DNA from: a virus | Lineage: Duplodnaviria > Heunggongvirae > Uroviricota > Caudoviricetes | Direction: 5' to 3' (one strand) | DNA: 64,000 nt | IMG/VR virus record: IMGVR_UViG_2513237141_000003 | Span: 64,001 to 128,000 of that record | Shown here: piece by piece, positions 1 through 7,196 of the stretch | Layout of the letters: the number at the start of each line of letters is the position of its first letter | Numbering within the stretch: position 1 is the first letter of the stretch | The notes under the pieces: generated by a model | Database searches by the model: none | What the model was told of the DNA's origin: nothing | The model's input: the letters and a program-made list of their open reading frames with translations, nothing else | Position numbers and translations under genes: made by a program

Positions 1-56
1 CGCCTAGATATCCGTCGCATCCTGCAGCGCGCCGGCGCCAGATAAGGCTCATCCCC

Positions 57-245
57 ATGATGTTCACGATCGTCGTGCTCGCGCTCGTCGCTGCGCTCCT
101 TCTGGTCACAACCCAGATCGACGTCATGTTCCGTCGTCGCGCTAATGGCGATGGCCTCTGGATGGAGTTCTTCATGCTGATCGGCCTCATCAGCGCAGTC
201 ATCGTCTCAGGCAAGGCGCTGTTCGGATTGATCAGCGGCTTCTAG
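57..245 (+). CDS. Small two-TM membrane protein (phage)
   Basis: 62 aa ORF with two hydrophobic stretches. Confidence 0.65.
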   Translation: MMFTIVVLALVAALLLVTTQIDVMFRRRANGDGLWMEFFMLIGLISAVIVSGKALFGLISGF

Positions 246-278
246 TTCTCCCCACCCCCAACGAGAGCGGTATCCCCA

Positions 279-779
279 ATGCCACATCATCTGCACATCT
301 CCGGCTTTGCGATGTTTTTGTTCGTGATGGCCCTCGGCTTCGCGCTTTGGTTCATTGTTTCGATGCGCCGTTCACGGCTTGAGGCTGAGCTTGAGCGCGA
401 ACGCATCAAGGCCGACGCGAACCGGCCGGTCGTCAACGGCACCAGTTACGCTGATCGATCGGGCTACACGCGATCTGGTTTCACCGCGGCGCCTTCAGCG
501 CCGCCGGCTGGTCCAGCCTATCTCGTGCCTCCTGTGGCCGCGCAATCGCCCGTCTACGTCAACAATGGCAACGGCTCCGGCGACTTCCTGACCGGCATGC
601 TGGTCGGAGAAGCTCTTGGTGGCGGGTTCGGCCATCACGGCACGACCATTGTCGAGAACAACACCTTCATCGACTCCGGCCCCTCTTATGTCGATAGCAG
701 CCCGAGCTTCGACAGCGGCATCTCGTTGGACAGTGGCGGCGGCTGTGACACCGGCGGCGGCATCGACATCAGCTGGTAA
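279..779 (+). CDS. Membrane-anchored Gly/Ser/Asp-rich hypothetical protein
   Basis: N-terminal TM (FAMFLFVMALGFALWFIV), low-complexity tail ending DSGGGCDTGGGIDISW; stop overlaps next ATG (TAATG). Confidence 0.75.
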   Translation: MPHHLHISGFAMFLFVMALGFALWFIVSMRRSRLEAELERERIKADANRPVVNGTSYADRSGYTRSGFTAAPSAPPAGPAYLVPPVAAQSPVYVNNGNGSGDFLTGMLVGEALGGGFGHHGTTIVENNTFIDSGPSYVDSSPSFDSGISLDSGGGCDTGGGIDISW

Positions 780-1153
780 TGGGCACGCTCTCCAAGAAGT
801 TGCGATCGGCCAGCGGAGCGGACGGCTCTCGTTCGCTCGTGCATTGGTGTCCAGGCTGCGAGGAGGTGCATCGCATTCCGATTGCGGCCCCCTCGGGACC
901 GCTCTGGCGGTTCAACGGCAACCACGACAGCCCGACCTTCGAGCCGTCGGTCCTGCTCTTCGTCACCGAGACGGAAGATGACGATGAGATGCCCTTGCCG
1001 GCACCTCGTCAGACGACGCTCTGCCACTACTTCATCCGCAACGGGCGGATCGAGTTCTGTGGCGACAGTCCCCACAAGCTCTCGGGTCAGACGGTAGATC
1101 TGCCGGATTGGCCTTACCAAGAGGGCGCATACGGCGGTATCGATGGCGCTTAA
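779..1153 (+). CDS. DUF6527-like Cys/His (putative Zn-binding) phage protein
   Basis: Motifs HWCPGC..H, WRFNG...PTFEPSVL, CHYFIRNGRIEFCGD. Confidence 0.75.
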   Translation: MGTLSKKLRSASGADGSRSLVHWCPGCEEVHRIPIAAPSGPLWRFNGNHDSPTFEPSVLLFVTETEDDDEMPLPAPRQTTLCHYFIRNGRIEFCGDSPHKLSGQTVDLPDWPYQEGAYGGIDGA

Positions 1154-1664
1154 GAAGATTGAGCGCGCGCCCCTCAAGGGCGCCGGTGGTGGTCTGAAGA
1201 AGATCGACCGCGGCGGTATCGAGAAGATGCGCGCAGCCGCGCGCGCCCTCGACTTCGTCGAACGTCAGGACGACGTCCTCGACGACATGCCGGACGACCT
1301 GTCGCCCGAGGAAGAGAACGCTGAGCAGATGCGCCGCCTCGACGTGGCGCTCAACGGCGACAAGGCCACCACCAACGGGTCGACAATCAAGGCCGACCTG
1401 AAGCGTCAGAGCGACGCCTTCAAGAACCAAGGCTCCGGCGACTACTACTGCGTGATCTGCTTCGTCGACAACGAGGCCGTGACCTCGTTTCTCAAGCAGG
1501 CCGAGTATCCCGAAGAGGACGCGGTCTTCATCGACGGATATCTTTTGGCGAAGGGACTCGGCTTCGAGTTGCCAAAACCAAATTTCAAGCTACAGAAGAT
1601 TCGCCCGCCTGTTCGCAATCTCGAACGGCTGGTGACGGCATTCCCGAGCAAAGGCAAATCCTGA
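1143..1664 (+). CDS. Hypothetical phage protein
   Basis: 173 aa ORF with phage-like codon usage, overlapping the upstream gene. Confidence 0.7.
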   Translation: MALKKIERAPLKGAGGGLKKIDRGGIEKMRAAARALDFVERQDDVLDDMPDDLSPEEENAEQMRRLDVALNGDKATTNGSTIKADLKRQSDAFKNQGSGDYYCVICFVDNEAVTSFLKQAEYPEEDAVFIDGYLLAKGLGFELPKPNFKLQKIRPPVRNLERLVTAFPSKGKS

Positions 1665-1736
1665 CGCCGCTCTCGGTAGTGTCGAGGCGTAGCGTCGGCG
1701 CCTTCCCCGACGCATTTTCCTGGAAGGAGAGCCATC

Positions 1737-1817
1737 ATGGCTAAAAAGGCGAAGAAGGCGACCAAGAAGACGGCCAAGAAGTCCAAGCGCAAGAACAACA
1801 GCAAGCCCAAGAGCTAA
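1737..1817 (+). CDS. 26-aa Lys-rich (histone H1-like) peptide MAKKAKKATKKTAKKSKRKNNSKPKS
   Basis: Read directly from the sequence (below the ORF-track cutoff); strong RBS GGAAGGAG upstream of ATG 1737; 13 of 26 residues are K/R. Confidence 0.65.
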   Translation: MAKKAKKATKKTAKKSKRKNNSKPKS

Positions 1818-1902
1818 GCGTCAGCCGACGCAGAGTCTCCCTGACCTGACAAGAGGTCGCTTCCTGATGAGGGAAGCGACCTCTTCTTTTTGAGTGATCC
1901 CA

Positions 1903-2388
1903 ATGCCCCGCAAGAAAGGCGATCCCAAAGTCGGCGAGAAAGGTCTCGACCGTGATCGCAGGCTGCGCAGAGGAAAGCGCACCACCAAGACCTCAACGAC
2001 CTCCCCACGCTCGATCGAGTTTCGCAAGAAGGCGGCCGAGGCCCTCGAATATCGCAAGATGGGCTACACCTTCGAGAAGATCGGCGAGGAGATGGGCTTC
2101 GACGGCTCATACGCCTACCGCCTGATCAAATGGTCCATGGACAACATGGTCGCCGAGCCCCTCGAGGACCTGCGCAAGATGATGCGCGTCCGCATCGAGG
2201 AGATGATGGTCGGCGTGCTCGACAAGGCCTTCGCCGGCGACGTCGAGGCCCAGGAGCAGGTCCGTCGCAACATGGAATTGCAGGCCAAGCTCGACGGCCT
2301 GTTCGCACCGAACAAGGTTGAGCACTCCGGAGAAGTTGGAGGCGGCAACCCCGTCTTCATCCTCTCCCCGGCAGATGCAAAACTCTAA
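1903..2388 (+). CDS. Terminase small subunit (HTH)
   Basis: Directly upstream of TerL; HTH-like segment ALEYRKMGYTFEKIGEEMG; start taken at ATG 1903. Confidence 0.8.
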   Translation: MPRKKGDPKVGEKGLDRDRRLRRGKRTTKTSTTSPRSIEFRKKAAEALEYRKMGYTFEKIGEEMGFDGSYAYRLIKWSMDNMVAEPLEDLRKMMRVRIEEMMVGVLDKAFAGDVEAQEQVRRNMELQAKLDGLFAPNKVEHSGEVGGGNPVFILSPADAKL

Positions 2389-4120
2389 GAAACGACGGCG
2401 GCGCTCCCCGCCGCGCGGCACGGCGAAGTTCGAAGTCCAAGAGATCGGCGCGCCCGCCAAGATCGGTGACAACGGCGGACCGCCGATCGCCACATGGGCG
2501 GACAAGGGCTGGGGCAAGGATGGCCCCAACCCGGCGCAGGTGGTCGCAACCGAACTCCTTGGCAATCAGCGCCACACCTGCCTCGTAGGCGGCGCCCGCT
2601 CGGGCAAGACCACCACCATCATCCGCGCGATATGTCTGCGCGCACAGCGCTTCCCCAAGTCGCGGCATGTCGTGCTGCGAAACCGCGCCGTCTATGCCGA
2701 CGCCTCGGTCGGGCTCGACACCCTTCCCAAGGTGATGTCGATGTTCTTCCCCGGGGTGAAGTACAAGCACATCCGCGCGCCCCACAACATCGTCCGCTTC
2801 CCCAACGGGAGCGAGATCTGGATCGGCGGCCTCGATGACGCCGCCCGCGTCGACAAGATCCTCGGCGCCGAATACTGCACCGTCTTCCTCAACGAGTGCA
2901 GCCAGATCAGCTGGTACGCAGCCAAGCTCGTCCGCTCGCGCCTCGCGCAGGTGATCGAGGGCTGCACCCAGCGGATGTTCTACGACATCAACCCGGTCGG
3001 CAAGTCGCATTGGACCAACCTGCTATTCGGCGACAAGGTCGATCCGGACGACAAGAAGGCGATCGCCGATCCCAATTCCTACGCCCGGATGTTCATCAAT
3101 CCGGCCGACAACATCAAAAACCTCTCCGCCGAGTACGTCGCGGAGCTTGAGAACTCCACCGGCAACTACCGCAAGCGCTTCTACGAAGGCGTCTATATCG
3201 ACGAGAACCCAAACTCGTTGTGGACCGCGGCGCTGATCGAGGCCTGCCGCGCGCGGCCAGGGTCCGCCGCCGATGGCGGCGACGAGCCGGAATACATCCA
3301 GACGGTGGTCGCAATCGACCCGTCCGGCGCCGGCATCGAGGGCGACAAGACCGACGTCGAGCAGAAGCCGCTCAACGACGAGATCGGCATCATCGTCGCT
3401 TCTCTTGGCAAGGACCAGAAAGTCTACCTGCGGGCGGACCTGTCCTTGGTGGCGCCTCCGATCGGAGTAGGCGAAGACGAGAACGGCAACAAGAAGCTCG
3501 GCTGGGCCGAGGTCGCGGTTGCCGCCTATCACGCCTACGGCGCCGATCACATCCTGGCCGAGATCAACTACGGCGGCGGCATGGTCGAGGCCGTGATCCG
3601 CGCCAAGGACGGCAACGTCCCGGTGAAGACCGTTCGCGCCAACCCGGGCAACGGCAAGCACGTCCGTGCCGAGCCGATCTCGACGCTCTATCACCGTGAC
3701 GGCGTGCGCCACGTCGGCCGCTTCGAGCATCTCGAGGATCAGCTTTGCGCCTTCACCTCACTCGGATACGGCGGGCCGAAATCGCCCGACCGTGCTGATG
3801 CGTGGATCTGGGCCGTGACCGACATCGCGTTGCAGGACGGCGCCAACAGCTGGATCGAGTACTACCGCCGCCTCAACGAGGCCGCCGGCACGCTTCCCGA
3901 GCAGCAGGGCGAGCCGAAGAAGCCGGAGTTCGGCTTCGAGATCTCAGCCCCGAGCAAGAGCGCAAAGGAACGCGTCCTTGTGCCCGAGGGCACCTCGTCA
4001 CTCTACCTGATCGACGGCACGAACATGCTCGTGCCGTCGGATCGCATCGTCACCGTCTCCAAGGAAGACGCGGCCGCTTTCGGCCTGCGTGGCTGGGAGC
4101 GGCTCGGCGCTGCCACCTAA
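2375..4120 (+). CDS. terL: Terminase large subunit
   Basis: Walker A GGARSGKT, Walker B-like VFLNEC, nuclease motifs VAIDP...DEIGII and PDRADA; start uncertain (2318 or 2375). Confidence 0.93.
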   Translation: MQNSKKRRRRSPPRGTAKFEVQEIGAPAKIGDNGGPPIATWADKGWGKDGPNPAQVVATELLGNQRHTCLVGGARSGKTTTIIRAICLRAQRFPKSRHVVLRNRAVYADASVGLDTLPKVMSMFFPGVKYKHIRAPHNIVRFPNGSEIWIGGLDDAARVDKILGAEYCTVFLNECSQISWYAAKLVRSRLAQVIEGCTQRMFYDINPVGKSHWTNLLFGDKVDPDDKKAIADPNSYARMFINPADNIKNLSAEYVAELENSTGNYRKRFYEGVYIDENPNSLWTAALIEACRARPGSAADGGDEPEYIQTVVAIDPSGAGIEGDKTDVEQKPLNDEIGIIVASLGKDQKVYLRADLSLVAPPIGVGEDENGNKKLGWAEVAVAAYHAYGADHILAEINYGGGMVEAVIRAKDGNVPVKTVRANPGNGKHVRAEPISTLYHRDGVRHVGRFEHLEDQLCAFTSLGYGGPKSPDRADAWIWAVTDIALQDGANSWIEYYRRLNEAAGTLPEQQGEPKKPEFGFEISAPSKSAKERVLVPEGTSSLYLIDGTNMLVPSDRIVTVSKEDAAAFGLRGWERLGAAT

Positions 4121-4138
4121 CCATCAAAGGGATGTTTC

Positions 4139-4429
4139 ATGAGCGCGTCTGCCAAAGATCCCTTTATGGGAACCTCCACCGAGCCGCTCACCGCGGCCCG
4201 TCACGCCGAAGCGGTCACACCCAGCGACACGATCGACCTCAGCCACGTCACCAGTGCGATCTACGTCGGCGGCGCCGGCGACCTCACTGTGCTGATGGCC
4301 AATGACATCCTCGACACCCAGACCGTGACCTTCAAGGCGGTCCCAGTCGGCACCGTTCTCCAGCTCCAGGCCCGCCGCATCCTCGCAACCGGCACCACGG
4401 CGACCAACGTCGTCGCCATGTGGAGCTGA
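4139..4429 (+). CDS. Head spike base protein (RcGTA Rcc01079-like)
   Basis: Motif AVTPSD..L...SAIYVGGAGDL.V...TF..VP.GT.L....RI.ATGTTAT. Confidence 0.8.
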   Translation: MSASAKDPFMGTSTEPLTAARHAEAVTPSDTIDLSHVTSAIYVGGAGDLTVLMANDILDTQTVTFKAVPVGTVLQLQARRILATGTTATNVVAMWS

Positions 4430-4441
4430 GGGTCTTAGCCG

Positions 4442-6151
4442 GTGGTGGATACTCCTGACGACGACGTCGAGAAGGTCGCAACGCCGCGAGGCGATGGCGC
4501 GCGCAGCATGACCCAGCTGACGCCCGGCGCCCCGTTCGGCTACGACCTGACCGTCAATGGCGCGCGCCCTGCACAGCCCGGCGTCAATTTCTCCTATGGC
4601 GGCGCCGACTGGTTCGGTCCGCTGCCGCCAATGCAGCCGATCGCGCCGCCCGAAGTGGCTGGCCGCACGTGGGACTTCGTCCCCGGCTACAACCTCGCGA
4701 CCAACCCTCGCGCCTACGAGCAGGTGTCCTTTCAGGCGCTGCGCTCTCTCGCCGACACCTACGATCCGGTCCGCCTGATCATTGAGCGGCGCAAGGATCA
4801 GATGACGCGCCTGCCGTGGACCATCCGCGTCAAGCACGACGATCTGAAGAAGAAGCGTCCGACGCTCGCCGATCTTCCGGCCGCCAAGCGCAAACGCATC
4901 AAGGATATCACCGACTTCTTCAAGCGCCCGGACCGGGAGCTCGACTTCCGCACCTGGCTGCGCGGCGTCATCGAGGACATCCTCGTGATTGACGCCCCCT
5001 CGCTCTATTGCGAGCGCAACCTCGGCGGCGACCTCATTGGCCTCGTGCAGGTCGATGGCGCGCAGGTCAAGCGCGTGATCGATGATTGGGGCCGCACGCC
5101 CAAGCCGGTCGTCTGGACCGGTGAGCCGTTCATCTGGAACGGCGAGGTGGTCAACCTCGAGAACCATCAGGCCTTCGGCTTCAAGCTCGTGCCGGGTGCA
5201 GCGATCGCGCACCAGCTGCCGATCGGCACCGAGGTGCCCGACCAGGCCATGCTGCCGCCGGCCTATCAGCACATCATGAAGGGCTTGCCCGCGGTCAACT
5301 ACACGACCTGGGACCTGGTCTATCGTCCGCTCAATCGTCGTCCCGGCAGGGCCTACGGCTATTCGCCGGTCGAACAGGTCATGATGACCGTATCGATCGC
5401 ATTCCGCCGCTCGGTCTCCCAGCTCGAATACTTCAAGGAGGGCAACCAGCCCGACGCCGTGTTCGGCTTGCCTGAGAACTGGACGCCGGATCAGACCATG
5501 CGGTTCCAGGAGTATTGGGACAGCCTGTTCTCCGGCAATCTCGGCGCGCGGCGCCGCATGAAGTTCATCCCGACCGGCACCTCGAACTCGTATCAGGCGC
5601 TCAAGGAGCCGCCGCTCAAGAGCGAGTTCGACGAGTGGCTGGTCCGCATCGTCTGCTTCGCATTCTCCTATCCGCCGGCCGCCTTCGTCTCGCTCTCCAA
5701 TCGCTCGATCGCCGAGCAGCACGAGAAGCAGGCGGAGGAGGAGGGTATCGAGCCCTTGAAGCAGTGGTGCGCCGACACGTTCAACGAGATCCTCGCCAGC
5801 GAGTTTCCGGACGATGAGGTCGAGTTCGCCTGGTCCGAGGAAGAGGAGATCGACCCGGAGAAGCAGTCGACGATCCTGCGCGGCTATGCCGAAGACGGCA
5901 TCCTCACCATCAATCAGGTCCGCGAGAAGATCGGCGAGGAGCAGGACCCTAACCCTGCCGCCAACCAGCTCATGGTCAAGACGGCGACCGGCTACGTCAA
6001 CATCGACTCCGGTCAGCTCGACAACAAGGTCGCGGAAGCCAAGGCCCTGGCCGAGGCCGTTCCGCCTCCACCGGTCGCGGCTCCCGCAAAACCGGCCACC
6101 CCGAAGTCCGCATCCCCCACCAAGACCTCCAAGTCCCCAAAGGAGAAATGA
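4442..6151 (+). CDS. Portal protein (HK97-like)
   Basis: 569 aa; YGYSPVEQ, YFKEGNQPDAVF, GILTINQVREKIG motifs; position after TerL. Confidence 0.92.
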   Translation: MVDTPDDDVEKVATPRGDGARSMTQLTPGAPFGYDLTVNGARPAQPGVNFSYGGADWFGPLPPMQPIAPPEVAGRTWDFVPGYNLATNPRAYEQVSFQALRSLADTYDPVRLIIERRKDQMTRLPWTIRVKHDDLKKKRPTLADLPAAKRKRIKDITDFFKRPDRELDFRTWLRGVIEDILVIDAPSLYCERNLGGDLIGLVQVDGAQVKRVIDDWGRTPKPVVWTGEPFIWNGEVVNLENHQAFGFKLVPGAAIAHQLPIGTEVPDQAMLPPAYQHIMKGLPAVNYTTWDLVYRPLNRRPGRAYGYSPVEQVMMTVSIAFRRSVSQLEYFKEGNQPDAVFGLPENWTPDQTMRFQEYWDSLFSGNLGARRRMKFIPTGTSNSYQALKEPPLKSEFDEWLVRIVCFAFSYPPAAFVSLSNRSIAEQHEKQAEEEGIEPLKQWCADTFNEILASEFPDDEVEFAWSEEEEIDPEKQSTILRGYAEDGILTINQVREKIGEEQDPNPAANQLMVKTATGYVNIDSGQLDNKVAEAKALAEAVPPPPVAAPAKPATPKSASPTKTSKSPKEK

Positions 6152-6154
6152 CGC

Positions 6155-6439
6155 ATGAGCCACGCCCGTACCCTCAACCGATCGATCGATGCCGACCTCG
6201 TTGAGCGCATCGAGTCGAGTGGGCGCCCCAAGGTCGAAGCGAAGCCCGCCACCAAGACCGGCGAGACGGCTCGCCCGCTGGGCTCATATCGCTGCGCCCG
6301 TCGCAATGAAGCACGCAACGCCCGCAAGCTCAGCAAGGACGGCAAGCGGGTGTCGATGGTCACCTTTGCCGAAGTCCTTCGTATCAACGCGATGGCGAAA
6401 GCAAACCGCCAGCGCGAACAGCACATCCAAGGGGGATAA
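6155..6439 (+). CDS. Basic hypothetical phage protein
   Basis: 94 aa ORF with RBS AAGGAG, tight operon packing. Confidence 0.65.
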   Translation: MSHARTLNRSIDADLVERIESSGRPKVEAKPATKTGETARPLGSYRCARRNEARNARKLSKDGKRVSMVTFAEVLRINAMAKANRQREQHIQGG

Positions 6440-6739
6440 ATGACCGCGCCTCTCACCCACCGCCTGATCCCGCCCGCCAAGGGCTCCAAGATCACCGTTC
6501 ACGGCCGCACCTACGATCCGGCGGCTGGCGCGCAGGACGTCAGCGAGTTCGATGCCGTTCGACTCCAGGCCAACGGCTGGATCTATCTTGCGCCCTCGGG
6601 CCCGACCACCCAGCGCCCGACCAGCGCCGTCGGCGTCTATCCGCTGCTGCCTGGCGTCAAGTTCTGGGACACCACGCTCTCTCACATGGTGATCTGGGAC
6701 GGCGCCAACTGGCGCAATGAGGCGGGCTCCGTCTCGTAA
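6440..6739 (+). CDS. Putative head decoration protein
   Basis: C-terminal GPTTQRPT...FWDTTL...IWDGANWRN motif typical of virion appendage proteins. Confidence 0.65.
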   Translation: MTAPLTHRLIPPAKGSKITVHGRTYDPAAGAQDVSEFDAVRLQANGWIYLAPSGPTTQRPTSAVGVYPLLPGVKFWDTTLSHMVIWDGANWRNEAGSVS

Positions 6740-6741
6740 AG

Positions 6742-6978
6742 ATGATCGACCTAGAGCTCGCGCGCCAGCTCGACGATCAGTGGCGGACGCCATCCAGCGT
6801 CCGCCGCCACGCCAGACGCTACGACTACACGGCGACTGAGATCGTCAACGCGCTGCGCGCGCTCGCAAACAGCGATCGCATCGAGCGCAAGCTGATCGAC
6901 ACCGGCATCACGCGGGTCGCCAATCACAGGCTCGGGCCCACCGTCGTGGTCGAGTATTTCCGAAGAAATCAATTGTAA
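6742..6978 (+). CDS. Hypothetical protein (possible winged HTH)
   Basis: 78 aa ORF in the operon. Confidence 0.55.
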   Translation: MIDLELARQLDDQWRTPSSVRRHARRYDYTATEIVNALRALANSDRIERKLIDTGITRVANHRLGPTVVVEYFRRNQL

Positions 6979-6992
6979 CGGGGATCGCTTCG

Positions 6993-7196
6993 ATGGAAAT
7001 GATCGTGCCTGCCGGCATGTACGGTACGCTGCAGTGCTCTGGCTCTGGCCTGAACTACATCAACATCTATCCAGGCGCGACCATCAACGTCGATCCGGCT
7101 GATGTGAACGACCTGATCAATCTCGGCTTCACACCGGGTGCTGCGACGACCGACTACCCGACGCAGCCGGACCCGGCTGAGTTCGTCGAATCGTGA
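6993..7196 (+). CDS. Hypothetical phage protein
   Basis: 67 aa; stop overlaps the next start (GTGA). Confidence 0.6.
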   Translation: MEMIVPAGMYGTLQCSGSGLNYINIYPGATINVDPADVNDLINLGFTPGAATTDYPTQPDPAEFVES

